From an uncultured Verrucomicrobiae bacterium (GTDB lineage Bacteria > Verrucomicrobiota > Verrucomicrobiia > Chthoniobacterales > Chthoniobacteraceae): a stretch of 64,000 nucleotides of DNA. This document shows, in pieces, positions 40,196 to 50,610 of this stretch. Position 1 is the stretch's first letter, and each line of letters begins with the position of its first letter. The notes beneath the pieces are model-generated. The model saw only the letters and a list, made by a program, of their open reading frames with translations, searched no databases and had not been told where the DNA came from. The position numbers and the translations under genes are program-made. Where the stretch lies: assembly GCA_963828525.1 (NCBI GenBank), contig CAWHEP010000002.1:256001-320000 (forward strand), read 5' to 3'.

Positions 40196-41488
40196 ATGTT
40201 CGACCGTTTTCGCCGTTTTCACCCACTCTCACTCTTCGGCGCGGGCGTTGCGGGCGGGACTCTCGCCACCCTCATCGCCCGCAATTTCATATCCGTTGAG
40301 AAAAAGATCAGTCACCAGATCGCGCATGCCTACGGCGTCAGCGATCCCCAGTTCGAGCGCGCCCTTGGGCAATTGCTCGGCCCTGCTATCATCGCGGGAA
40401 ACCGGGTGACCGCTTTCCAGAACGGCGATGAAATCTTTCCCGCCATGCTCCACGCGATCCGGGGAGCAAAACGAAGCGTGACGTTTGAGTCGTTCATCTA
40501 TTGGAAGGGCCACGTCGCCGAACAATTCACCACCGCCCTGGCCGAACGCGCCCGCGCGGGCGTGAAGGTGCATGTCCTCCTCGACGGCCTCGGGTGCAAT
40601 TGCGTGAACGGAGCGCTCATCCGTCAGATGCGGCAGGCGGGCGCGGAGGTTGAAATCTACAACATCGTCCAACTCTACGACATCGACCGCGTCAATAATC
40701 GCACCCATCGCAAGCTCCTCGTCGTCGATGGCAGGATCGGCTTCACCGGCGGCGTCGGCATTGGCGATAACTGGAGCGGGCACGCGCAGTCTCCACGCCA
40801 TTGGCGCGACAGCCACTACCGCGTGGAGGGCCCGGTCACCGCGCAGATGCAGAGCGCCTTCGTGGATAACTGGATGAAGACACGCGCTGCCGTGCTCCAC
40901 GATGACTGCTATTTCCCGGCCCTCGAAGACGCCGGGTCACAACGCTGCCAGGTCTTTAAAAGCGCTCCGCACGAAGGCAGCGATAGCGCCCGCCTCATGT
41001 TCCTTTTCTCCATCGCGTGCGCCAGGGAATCCATCCAGCTCTCTAACGCCTATTTCGTCCCTGACAACCTCACTCTTCAAACCCTTGTCGAAGCCTGCGA
41101 GCGCGGAGTGGCTGTGCAGATTCTTCTGCCGGGGCCCCACGCCGACAAAGCCTTTGTAAGGGATGCCTCCCGCCATCGCTGGGGCAGGTTGCTGCGAGCC
41201 GGAGCCCGCTTTTTCGAATATCAGCCGACCATGCTGCACTGCAAGTTGCTCATCGTGGACAATATATGGACGTCGGTCGGCTCAGCCAATTTCGATAACA
41301 GATCGTTCCGGTTGAACGACGAGGTTAACCTCAACATTCTCGACACCAGCTTCGCCACCGCCCAAGCGGAGACGTTTGAGAATGACAAGCTTAACTCGCG
41401 CGAGGTCACTCTCGCGGACTGGCTCGCCCGGCCGCTAATCCAACAGGTCGCCGACGGCACCGCGAACCTGTTTAGGTCACAACTGTAA
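40196..41488 (+). CDS. cls: Cardiolipin synthase-like phospholipase D
   Basis: Two HKD motifs: THRKLLVVD and LHCKLLIVD...GSANFDNRS. Confidence 0.9.
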   Translation: MFDRFRRFHPLSLFGAGVAGGTLATLIARNFISVEKKISHQIAHAYGVSDPQFERALGQLLGPAIIAGNRVTAFQNGDEIFPAMLHAIRGAKRSVTFESFIYWKGHVAEQFTTALAERARAGVKVHVLLDGLGCNCVNGALIRQMRQAGAEVEIYNIVQLYDIDRVNNRTHRKLLVVDGRIGFTGGVGIGDNWSGHAQSPRHWRDSHYRVEGPVTAQMQSAFVDNWMKTRAAVLHDDCYFPALEDAGSQRCQVFKSAPHEGSDSARLMFLFSIACARESIQLSNAYFVPDNLTLQTLVEACERGVAVQILLPGPHADKAFVRDASRHRWGRLLRAGARFFEYQPTMLHCKLLIVDNIWTSVGSANFDNRSFRLNDEVNLNILDTSFATAQAETFENDKLNSREVTLADWLARPLIQQVADGTANLFRSQL

Positions 41489-41536
41489 GGCCACCGCTTT
41501 CGCAGTTACTTGGGGCCGCGTCCGGAGCGTCCCCCG

Positions 41537-41683
41537 CTAAACCCCTCGATTCCCGCGAAGCAGATGCAACACGAACATCACGAGCGCGATTACCAACAGG
41601 ATGTGGATCAGTCCACCCGCAACATGAAAGGCGAGACCGCCGCCCCAGAAGATCAGAATAAGAATGGCAATTATAAGTAGCAT
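41537..41683 (-). CDS. lmo0937/DUF5670-like small membrane protein
   Basis: MLLIIAILILIFWGGGLAFHVAGGLIHILLVIALVMFVLHLLRGNRGV. Confidence 0.8.
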   Translation of the reverse strand: MLLIIAILILIFWGGGLAFHVAGGLIHILLVIALVMFVLHLLRGNRGV

Positions 41684-41705
41684 GCCCCTAATTCGCATCT
41701 GCCCA

Positions 41706-42300
41706 TCAGTATGGCTGTTCCATCGGGATCGGGATCATGACCTCATTGCGCCTTAAAAACAGCGGCGTCCACGGCGGATCAAAATAAGCGAATAAAGGAT
41801 GTCCACCCGCAGGGATACCCCGCGCCTCCATCCACGATCTCAGCGCCGCCGCTCCCACTGCTTCGTTGGCAACCGTCTGCCTCCCGTCGAAACGCATCAC
41901 CGCAAAGCGCGCCGGTTCCATTCGTTCAAGTGTCACCGTGTCGCTGTCTGGCTTCGGCGCGCCATTCAATCGCTCAGGCAGTATGAAGCTCATGGTCTCC
42001 CTTCCCCCGTCCCTGCTCATGAGAACCGGCGTCGTCATGGCGATCTTTTCCTTCGCCTCATTGCCACCAGAGATAAAGCGGAACAGTTTCATGAAACTGT
42101 CGTCCATCCCAGTTTGCCCCATCGGGGCGCAAGCGAGCGCGAGCGCCGGGTATTCGCGAATCTCGACACCCTGTTCGCGTTCGCAAAACCTTGTAGCGAG
42201 CAGTCTCGCCGACGGCGCGTGAATTCCGGACGAGCCAGAAAATCACAGCGCCCACAGGAACGGCCACCGCTAAGAAAACAAGCCAGCCTCTTCGTTTCAT
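41706..42300 (-). CDS. SOUL heme-binding family protein (frameshifts about 42120-42180)
   Basis: ETARYKV, EIREYP, FMKLFRFISGGN, IAMTTPV, FDPPWT and RRNEV motifs across frames. Confidence 0.85.
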
Positions 42301-42399
42301 AAGCAGCGTCAAATTCGTGCCGACCGCCTCATCACGAGCAGAGCGCTACCGCCGGCTCTCAATCTCAGGGCATGGTCGTAGGAGACCGCCTTCCCTGAT

Positions 42400-43425
42400 C
42401 TAGTAAGCCGCCTGCGAGCCTTTGATATTCTTCTTCTTGATCCAGGGCATCAAGCCGCGCAGCCGGGCGCCGACTTTTTCGATTGGGTGGTTCTCCCCAT
42501 CCTTTAGAAGCCGGGTGTAATTCTTCCGCCCCGTTGCATGCTCGTTGATCCATTCCTTGGCAAATTTGCCATTCTGGATGTTCTTTAGCGTCTTCTTCAT
42601 CTCGGCTTTCACCGATTTGCCGATGATCTTTGGCCCTACGGCGATATCGCCATACTTTGCCGTTTCAGAGATCGAGAACCGCATCCCGCTGATGCCCGCT
42701 TCATTGATGAGATCCACGATGAGCTTCAGCTCGTGCAAGCATTCAAAGTAGGCCATCTCCGGCTGGTATCCCGCCTCGACTAGCGTCTCATATCCCGCCT
42801 GGATCAATGCCGTCGTGCCTCCGCAGAGAACCGCCTGCTCGCCAAAGAGGTCCGTCTCAGTCTCTTCCTTGAAGGTTGTCTCGATCACTCCGCCTCGCGT
42901 GCCACCGATCCCTTTTGCCCAAGCCAGCGCCGTCTTCTTGGCTTTCTTGCTGGGGTTCTGATAGATCGCGATGAGAGCGGGCACGCCTTTGCCTTCGGTA
43001 AACTGCCGGCGCACGATGTGGCCCGGCCCTTTTGGAGCCACCATGATCACGTCCACTTCGGGCGGAGGAACCACCGTCTTGAAATGGATGGCGAAACCGT
43101 GGCTGAAGAGCAGCGTTTTTCCCTTTGCGAGGTTTGGCGCCACATCCTTCTCATACACTTCCGCGATCTTAAGGTCGGGCACCGCCATGAAGATCACGTC
43201 CGCCTTCTTCACTGCCTCCGCCGTATCCAGCACCGTGAGCCCGCGCTCTTCGGCCACTGCCCGCGACTTGCTGCCGGGATACAGACCGACCACCACTTCC
43301 ACTCCGCTCTCCTTCAGGTTTAGCGCGTGCGCGTGGCCTTGCGATCCGAAGCCGATTACTGCGCAGATCTTGCCTTTTAGCGCTTCGAGATTTCCGTCTT
43401 TGTCTGTGTATACTTTTGCGGGCAT
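42400..43425 (-). CDS. ilvC: Ketol-acid reductoisomerase
   Basis: [33 protein letters not shown] motifs. Confidence 0.98.
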   Translation of the reverse strand: MPAKVYTDKDGNLEALKGKICAVIGFGSQGHAHALNLKESGVEVVVGLYPGSKSRAVAEERGLTVLDTAEAVKKADVIFMAVPDLKIAEVYEKDVAPNLAKGKTLLFSHGFAIHFKTVVPPPEVDVIMVAPKGPGHIVRRQFTEGKGVPALIAIYQNPSKKAKKTALAWAKGIGGTRGGVIETTFKEETETDLFGEQAVLCGGTTALIQAGYETLVEAGYQPEMAYFECLHELKLIVDLINEAGISGMRFSISETAKYGDIAVGPKIIGKSVKAEMKKTLKNIQNGKFAKEWINEHATGRKNYTRLLKDGENHPIEKVGARLRGLMPWIKKKNIKGSQAAY

Positions 43426-43436
43426 AAGTTCTTTCT

Positions 43437-43913
43437 TTATTCTTTCCGGGCTAGAGCCACCTTCCCGGTGCGGGTAAGATCGCTGATCCCGAAGTTCTCC
43501 ATCAACAACAGGAATTTGTTGATCTTGCTCTCATTGCCAGTCACCTCGATGGATACATTCTTGTGTTGCACATCGATGATCTTGGCCCTGAAAATATCAC
43601 AAATCTGCATCACTTCAGCGCGTGTCTTCGAATCTACGCCCACCCGTAACATCAGGAGCTCGCGGTCCACATATTGGTCTTCCCGGAAGTCCTGGATTTC
43701 GATCACGTCTATCAGTTTGTTTAACTGCTTCGTGACCTGTTCCAGCACTTTGTCATCACCGCGCACCACGATCGTCATGCGCGATGTCGAGGGATCGATC
43801 GTCGGGCCCACATTGAGAGTATCGATGTTAAACCCGCGGCCGCTGAACATTCCGGCGATCCTCGTGAGCACGCCGAATTTATTCTCGACCAGCACTGAAA
43901 TTGTGTGTCGCAT
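43437..43913 (-). CDS. ilvN: Acetolactate synthase small subunit
   Basis: [30 protein letters not shown]...RTGKVAL. Confidence 0.97.
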   Translation of the reverse strand: MRHTISVLVENKFGVLTRIAGMFSGRGFNIDTLNVGPTIDPSTSRMTIVVRGDDKVLEQVTKQLNKLIDVIEIQDFREDQYVDRELLMLRVGVDSKTRAEVMQICDIFRAKIIDVQHKNVSIEVTGNESKINKFLLLMENFGISDLTRTGKVALARKE

Positions 43914-44013
43914 TAGGGGTGTGGGATAGTCGAGAGAAACGATTCCCCCGTCAAACTTTAAAATCGCGGTTTTTGAAAACGCTTCGCTCGCCGCGTAATT
44001 GCCGCAAAATGCC

Positions 44014-45168
44014 ATGGATAAAGTCAAAATAGGGATTATCGGCCTGGGCATGGGCGCGAACCATGCCCGCTCAATCGTCGCCGGGCGCGTCCCCAGGATG
44101 GAGCTCGCCGCTGTCTGCGATCCCAATCCGGACAGGATGGCCGAGTTCTCCGATGCCAAACCTTTCAATACGCCTGGCGACCTCATCCAGTCAGGCATCG
44201 ATGCCGTCCTCATTGCCACCCCCCACTACGCGCACACTCCGCTGGGGATTGAAGCTCTTGACCGCGGCTTGCATGTGCTGGTCGAAAAACCCATCTCTGT
44301 GCATAAGGCCGATTGCGAGCGCCTCATCGCCGCTCACAAAAACCCGAGGCAGGTCTTCGCCGCGATGTTCAATCAGCGAACCGATCCGTTCTACATCAAG
44401 ATCCGCGATCTCGTGCAATCCGGCGAGCTGGGCGAAGTGCGCCGCGTCCAGTGGACGATTACGAACTGGTTCCGCTCCCACGCCTATTACTCGTCGAGCC
44501 ACTGGCGAGCGACCTGGTCTGGGGAAGGCGGAGGCGTCCTCCTGAACCAGTGCCCTCACACCCTTGACTTGCTCCAATGGATTTTCGGCATGCCCACGTG
44601 TGTTCGCGGCTTCTGCCAGCTCGGACGATACCACCCTATCGAAGTCGAAGACGACGTGACCGCTTACCTCGAATTCCCCAACGGGGCGAATGGTGTGTTC
44701 ATCACATCGACAGGGGAAGCGCCCGGTTCCAACCGCCTCGAAGTCGCTGGAGAACGCGGCCGCCTCGTTTACGAGAATGACCGTATCGATTTCCAGCGCA
44801 ACGAAGTCCCCATGTCGGAGCATAGCCGCTCCACCACCACGCAATTCTCCGCGCCTCCCGTCTGGAATGTCTCCATCCCCGTCGCGGGACATGGCGGTCA
44901 GCATGCCGCCATCCTGAAGAATTTTGCCGATGCCATCCTCGATGGAGCCCCGCTCATCGCGCCCGCGGAGGAGGGCATTCATTCCGTGGAACTCGCGAAC
45001 GCGATCCTCTTCTCGTCACTGCAAGGAGCCACCGTCGAACTCCCCATGGATTCCGCCGACTACGAAAAGCAGCTTCAGGATCTCGCCGCGACATCCGCCG
45101 GAAACGACAGGAAAAAAGCCCCTTCCATCCGGCCAGCCGCCGACGACTTCGCCAACTCCTACAAGTAG
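44014..45168 (+). CDS. Gfo/Idh/MocA oxidoreductase
   Basis: GIIGLGMG, IATPH, HVLVEKP, GGGVLLNQCPH motifs. Confidence 0.92.
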   Translation: MDKVKIGIIGLGMGANHARSIVAGRVPRMELAAVCDPNPDRMAEFSDAKPFNTPGDLIQSGIDAVLIATPHYAHTPLGIEALDRGLHVLVEKPISVHKADCERLIAAHKNPRQVFAAMFNQRTDPFYIKIRDLVQSGELGEVRRVQWTITNWFRSHAYYSSSHWRATWSGEGGGVLLNQCPHTLDLLQWIFGMPTCVRGFCQLGRYHPIEVEDDVTAYLEFPNGANGVFITSTGEAPGSNRLEVAGERGRLVYENDRIDFQRNEVPMSEHSRSTTTQFSAPPVWNVSIPVAGHGGQHAAILKNFADAILDGAPLIAPAEEGIHSVELANAILFSSLQGATVELPMDSADYEKQLQDLAATSAGNDRKKAPSIRPAADDFANSYK

Positions 45169-45198
45169 CGCCCTGCTCTCGGCGGTCAGTCCCACCTC

Positions 45199-46943
45199 TC
45201 AGGAAACCGCCAGCGCCTGCAGGCGCTGGGCCGTGCTGTTCGCCCAAAGTCGCGAATAGATTCCACCCAACGCCACGAGCTCATCGTGGATTCCTCGTTC
45301 CACTACCCGCCCGCGTTCCAGCACGAGAATCTGATCCGCGTTGCGCACGGTTGAGAGCCTGTGGGCAATCACGAAGCTCGTCCGGCGCAGCATCAGCCGC
45401 TCCAGCGCTTCCTGGATCAACCGTTCCGTCTCCGTATCCACGCTCGCGGTCGCCTCATCCAGGATCATTATGGGCGGATCCTTCAACAGGACGCGCGCGA
45501 TGGAAATCCGCTGTTTCTCCCCCACGCTGAGCTTCACTCCGCGCTCTCCCACCAGGGTGTCCAGTCCCTCCGGCATCCGGACAATGAAGTCATAGGCGTT
45601 CGCTGCTTTCGCGGCGGCAAGCAACTGCTCCTCTCCCGCCTCCGGATCACCGATCCGCAGGTTGTCCCGGATCGAACCATTAAACAGAAAGCTCTCCTGC
45701 GTCACCATCCCGATCGCCCCGCGCAACGTGTTTTTCGAATAATCCTTCAGCGGCTTCCCATCCACGTAAATCTCGCCCGAGTCGAACTCGTAGAACCTGG
45801 TCAGCAGATTCACGATGGTCGATTTGCCAGCGCCCGTCGCGCCGACCAGGGCGACTGTTTCTCCAGCGCGGGCATGCAGGTTGATGTTGTGCAGCACCGG
45901 CACCGTCTCGTTATAGGAGAAACTCACATTCTGGAAACGAACGTCTCCCGCCACTGGTTCGGTGATGATCTCGTCCTCCGCGCGCCCGGCTCCGCCGTCT
46001 CGTCCATGATCTCAAAGACTCGCTCGCCAGCCGCCCTCCCAGCCTGGATGAGCTGGTTTAGTTGATGCAACCGCCCAATCGGATCGTAAAGAAATCCCGT
46101 CAGCAACAGAAAGGCGACGAGATGCCCGATACCGATGGTTCCCGCGAGCACAGCCTTGCTGCCGGCCCACACCACCAGAACCGATCCGCATGATGCGAAA
46201 AAGCTCATCGCCGGGCTATACAGCGCCCACGCCCGCATCACCACCAGCGTCGCTTCCCGCAACTGATTGCTGGATTGGTTAAACCGCGCGTGCTCCTGAT
46301 CCTCGCGCACATACGTCTTTATCTGGCGGATGCCCGCCAGGTTGTCGTGCAGCAGCGAATTCATGGCCGATGACGCCACGCGTTGCATGCGATACCGCTT
46401 GTGCGCCGTCAGAGTGTAGAAAAGCGCCCCCGCCACCAGGAAAGGGATGGGCGCCAGCGCCAAAAACGCGAGCTTCGCGTCATAGTAGAAGAGGACAGCC
46501 GAGACGATTACGATCTGCAGCAACGAGGAGACACCCTGCTCGATTCCATCAATTAGCACCCGCTCCATCGCGTTTACATCCTCCACCACCCTCGTCATCA
46601 GGTCACCCGTCGCCCGGTTATCGAACCAGTTGAGCGGCAGACGCTGGATGTGGGAGTAAAGATCGCTCCGCAGGTCGAAGATAACCCGCTGCTCAAAGGT
46701 GTTATTCAGGATGATCCGCGCCGAGTTCAACCCATCCCGCAGCAGATAGGCCGCCCCGCCAGTCAGCACCAGCGGCAACAGACGCTCCGGATGCCGCCCT
46801 CTCACCACCTCATCGATGATCCTCTGCGTGACAGCGGGGAAAACGATCACCATCAGCGTCCCAATGATCGCGCACCCCAGCGTTAAACTGGCCAGCCACG
46901 GATAGCGCCGAACATATGCGAAGACGCGCAGAGTGTTATTCAT
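45199..46943 (-). CDS. ABC exporter, fused permease and ATPase (frameshift near 45980)
   Basis: TMD (TGDLMTRV) plus GATGAGKST, LSVGEKQR, ILDEAT and IAHRLST. Confidence 0.92.
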
Positions 46944-47026
46944 GATCTTGATACGCGCCGTTCCATCGGGCGGCAACATACGCCGCGCGAATATCCGCGC
47001 GCAAACGCCTTAGGTGCCGCGCGATC

Positions 47027-48259
47027 TTAGCGCCCAGCCTGCGGACTCTTCGTGTAAACCGAGATTCCCGCTATCAGATCCACTGCCCGCTGCAGCATCG
47101 CGTCGCGCGGCGTCGTCTTCGGCCGCTCCTTCGCGTGTTGCGCCGCCTGGATCGCGTCCAGTTCGGGGTTTACCCCTGCCACGAGGGACGCCTCATTCAT
47201 CCGTGGTCGGTCGGAATCAGAGATAAACCGCGAGACACCCTGGTCCAATTCTCCGTCGAGAACCTGAGACTCCACCTCAGGCGCGGCATCCACCACCAGG
47301 TCCGGCTTCACACCCGCCGGATACACCGTCTGATCTTCGGGAAGTGTCACCTCCGCCGTCGCGACCCGCAAGATTTCCCCTCCCCCCAGCCGCAGATCAG
47401 CAAACTCAACCGCTTCGCCCTTCGTCTTCTGCCCTACCACCATCGCTTGCGCCTGCGCTCTCAACACCGCCGCGATTGCCTCCGCCGCCCCGGCGTTACT
47501 GCCATCCACGAGCACAACCAGCAGTCCTTGAAACAGCGGATCATCGCTCGCCGTAAATACCTTCCCTTCTCTATCCGAAGGCTTTGTCACTTTGAACAGG
47601 AGCTTGCCCTTCGGCACAAAGCGGTCCATCAACTCCGCCGCCGCTTCGAACTCACTGCCGGGCGGCGTCGCCCGCAAATCAAGGATCGCCGCTTTCAATC
47701 CTTTCTCCACGCCCTCCCGCAGCTTCATATCCATCTCTCCGATCTGAGCCGAAGTGATCGCTCCAAGGCGCAAATAGACGATGCGCCCATCCAGAATCTC
47801 TCCACGGAACGGCCCAGCCTTCCGCCCAGCGGAATCCGAGTTTTTTAAAAGCAACGCGCCCGGCTTGAGCCTGTCCAGCAAACCCTGCAGCGTCGCCCGC
47901 CGCATCTCCGTTTCTCCAAGCGCGTCCGGATCGACAAAGCGCTCCTTCAACAGACTCACCGCCTGGTCAATATCCGCCGGCGAAAGCGACTCCACCAAGG
48001 TCTTGCCCCCGTCATACCTGCTAGCGCCACGAGGCGCGGGAGATCCCGCCGTTGCCGCCTGCCCCTTCGCCGGGCTTCCAGAAAGAGAAACCGGCGATGA
48101 AGGCATTATCTCAGGCAGCGCCGGGGGAGCAGTCTGCTTCGGGGCGACGATACCCGGCACAGTCGGCGACGGCGCGGGCACCGGCAACTGCTGACCCTCG
48201 ACAACAAAGAGCCCGAAGGCAAGAAACACAGCGGCCGCGCGCGCGGAAGTTTTCGTCAT
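47027..48259 (-). CDS. S41 peptidase-like protein lacking the canonical catalytic residues
   Basis: YLRL, ILDLR, LVVLVD, GVKPDL S41 motifs. NAGAAE and TKGE replace SASASE and TFGK. Confidence 0.75.
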   Translation of the reverse strand: MTKTSARAAAVFLAFGLFVVEGQQLPVPAPSPTVPGIVAPKQTAPPALPEIMPSSPVSLSGSPAKGQAATAGSPAPRGASRYDGGKTLVESLSPADIDQAVSLLKERFVDPDALGETEMRRATLQGLLDRLKPGALLLKNSDSAGRKAGPFRGEILDGRIVYLRLGAITSAQIGEMDMKLREGVEKGLKAAILDLRATPPGSEFEAAAELMDRFVPKGKLLFKVTKPSDREGKVFTASDDPLFQGLLVVLVDGSNAGAAEAIAAVLRAQAQAMVVGQKTKGEAVEFADLRLGGGEILRVATAEVTLPEDQTVYPAGVKPDLVVDAAPEVESQVLDGELDQGVSRFISDSDRPRMNEASLVAGVNPELDAIQAAQHAKERPKTTPRDAMLQRAVDLIAGISVYTKSPQAGR

Positions 48260-48619
48260 AGACGGTAAACCTTACTACACCACCGTTGCCGCGAAAGCCG
48301 TTAATCGCGGATCAAACAATGACGCGCGTCACGGGCCGTGACTCTCTTCAGCACGAGCGGCGTTCTGCCATGGCTGCGGCGTTGCTCCCCGATCATGGCT
48401 TTTACCGCGAGCAGCCGTCCGCGCCCCATCCGCTCTTCCCCCGCCCCGCAACACTGCTGACGCCGCCTTGACCTTGTTTCGGCTGACGGGCATGCATGCC
48501 GCCTTAGCCTGTTCTGGAATCGCTCCCATCACTGGATCCCGCACCTAATGGTGCGGATCCCTTTGAGGGAAACTCCCGTAGAAAGGAGTGTAGGTGGTAG
48601 AACAATTTTGTCTTTTTTC

Positions 48620-48672
48620 CTCGTTACCAAGTTGCACTTGGTAACGCCATTGTCCCCGAAGTTGCACTTCGT
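48620..48672 (+). repeat. REP-like double hairpin, copy 6
   Basis: CGTTACCAAGTTGCACTTGGTAACG...CGAAGTTGCACTTCG. Confidence 0.9.
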
Positions 48673-49345
48673 CTTTCCCGCCCCGGAACACTGTTAACGC
48701 CGCCCGTAAATGTAGTCGCAAGCACCTCTTGGAGCATTCCGCATCTGTTAATTTACTATTCACACGGTTCGTTTTTAAGGATCAATCCTGCGTTGGTTTA
48801 TTGCGTATCCTCAAGCGGAAATATTCCTTGAAACGGAAGACTTTTCTCTTCCACTAGCCTCAAATACTCCTTGGTCGCTTTATCTGCATACTGCATTGGC
48901 AGATTGCTTGTTTAAATCCAGGGCTACCTCCTTGAAACGGTCTCTGTCGACATACCGAAGGACAATGAAACGCCGCGCGCCTATAATCTAGCGGATTGTT
49001 AACATCCTCGGCGTAATGAGAAAGAACCGCGCCAGCACCCGGACTGTTTAAGTTGGAACGACATTCAGTCTGCTTAGTAGAAGCATCAATGTTCTATCCG
49101 AAGCGAATTCGATATCTTTCCAAAGGGAATCAAGGGTGCTACTGAAAGCGACCACCCCGGCTACTCTTTCGAGAGAACCCGAGGGTTCTTGTCACCGGGG
49201 TGAGACCTTTATGTGAAAGTGAAAAAGGCGTTCTAACCCTCATTGAGCATATGATTCCATGCACTCGCGTCAAGGAATGGTAATGCCCTAATTTGAATTG
49301 GCCCCACGAAGCGATTCGTGGCAGATTCTTTTCGTGGGGGTGGTT

Positions 49346-49414
49346 TGGAGGTGCGGGGATTCGAACCCCGTGCAGCATTAGGTGTAGAGCCGAGCGCAGC
49401 GCCAAGCCACCCCC
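49346..49414 (-). ncRNA. tRNA-like structure (acceptor stem with G3.U70, canonical T-arm, non-canonical middle)
   Basis: GGGGGTG...CGGGG-TTCGAAT-CCCCG-CACCTCC-A, 69 nt. Confidence 0.65.
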
Positions 49415-49420
49415 ATTTCA

Positions 49421-50428
49421 TCAATCCTTGTCCTTCAATTGCAGATCGAACCCGAGTTCCATCCGCTCGTATTTCGGATATGCCTTGTTCAAGAACTGCT
49501 TGAACTGGACCCATGAATCGCTGATGCGCATCAGCGCCAGAAGCCCATCGAGATGCGAGCGAAGTTTTGGGTGGCCGATTTCGCCCGTGAGCCATTGAAA
49601 GAGCTTATGTTTTCGCCTCCCGTCGATAATTGGGTTTTTTGCCAAAAGGTCCTCGTACACACCGGGCGCTAGCCGCTTGTAAACGAAGTCCTTTGTGTAT
49701 GCCGCAATCACTTGTGGACGTTTCACGCTCGTGGGATCAAAGGGCCATCCCCGTAAGCGGAATATATTCTCGTAAAACTCCAGCGGGAACGTTTTGGTCC
49801 ATGGCTGCAATTCTTTGGCGATAAACCTTTCCAGAATCCGCGCCAGCGCATCGCGCGCCCTGTCGTACTGATAGCCGGTGGCTTCATCAACCAAGGCGAT
49901 TATACCGAGTTTTGAGAAGCTCCGCGAAATGGCGCGGGCGGCCTCGACGATATGCTGCTGATTTGGTCGTAACGCCCCAGCCCTTTCGGCGTCTTCAAAA
50001 ACGTGGCAGACCATAGGAAGAATTTCCGCCTTGTAGCCAAGGGCAACATTCCCCCCTAAACCGCCGCTCTTCGTCGTGCGAAATTTTATGGGTTCCCACG
50101 AGCGAGTTAAGTCACTGGAAATGAACGGAGTAACATTGGCCGCACCCAAGAAACCGGGCCTTTCGGCGATCGAGCCAGTTTTGTTCGGGTTCTTATACCG
50201 TCCCAATGCCTGATAGATTCCCCTTTGAGTTATGAGGCGTGTGCCGTCCTCCAAGACGGCACACGGTATAGAAATGGTCTCATTCAGCCTGATTTCCCCT
50301 TCATGGGTTGCTTTAGGAATGGACCAACGGGCCTCTGCCGCTTTCTTCGCGCTCTCGCTCAGTTCTTCCTCTGTGAGAGCCTTTGCGCGGGCTTTTCCTC
50401 CCAACGATTGAATGTTTTCAGTAGGCAT
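49421..50428 (-). CDS. P63C domain protein
   Basis: GGKARAKAL...AAEARW, IPCAVLEDGTRLI, GIIALVDEATGYQ, LQPWTKTFP.EFY, FQWLT motifs. Confidence 0.9.
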   Translation of the reverse strand: MPTENIQSLGGKARAKALTEEELSESAKKAAEARWSIPKATHEGEIRLNETISIPCAVLEDGTRLITQRGIYQALGRYKNPNKTGSIAERPGFLGAANVTPFISSDLTRSWEPIKFRTTKSGGLGGNVALGYKAEILPMVCHVFEDAERAGALRPNQQHIVEAARAISRSFSKLGIIALVDEATGYQYDRARDALARILERFIAKELQPWTKTFPLEFYENIFRLRGWPFDPTSVKRPQVIAAYTKDFVYKRLAPGVYEDLLAKNPIIDGRRKHKLFQWLTGEIGHPKLRSHLDGLLALMRISDSWVQFKQFLNKAYPKYERMELGFDLQLKDKD

Positions 50429-50514
50429 GATTCATATATGTATCCGCATGCGTTCTAGCACGCAATAAAAATAAATCCATTGACATGCGTGCAGAAATTT
50501 GGGATTATCGCGTC

Positions 50515-50610
50515 ATGGCAAACGTCCTCAGCAGAGAAAAACAGATTGCGGTGATTGGAGCCCTCGCGGAAGGGTCCAGCATCCGCAGCATTGAGCGGCT
50601 TACCGGCGTT
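50515..50610 (+). pseudogene. Truncated IS1-family-like transposase (N-terminal HTH only)
   Basis: MANVLSREKQIAVIGALAEGSSIRSIERLTGV, then loss of similarity and the right TIR. TTGACA-N17-GATTAT upstream at 50480. Confidence 0.75.

Noticed and set aside
5081..48672. Repeats as a CRISPR array or integron attC sites
   Set aside because: Copies are kilobases apart with no regular spacers. No cas or integron integrase gene is present, and no RYYYAAC/GTTRRRY ends were seen.
48700..49150. Protein-coding gene in the AT-rich stretch
   Set aside because: Only short broken frames on the minus strand. Possibly a decayed gene, but no family is recognisable.
49346..49414. Canonical tRNA gene or tmRNA gene
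   Set aside because: No U8, no proper D or anticodon arm, and too short for tmRNA with no tag reading frame. Reported as tRNA-like only.
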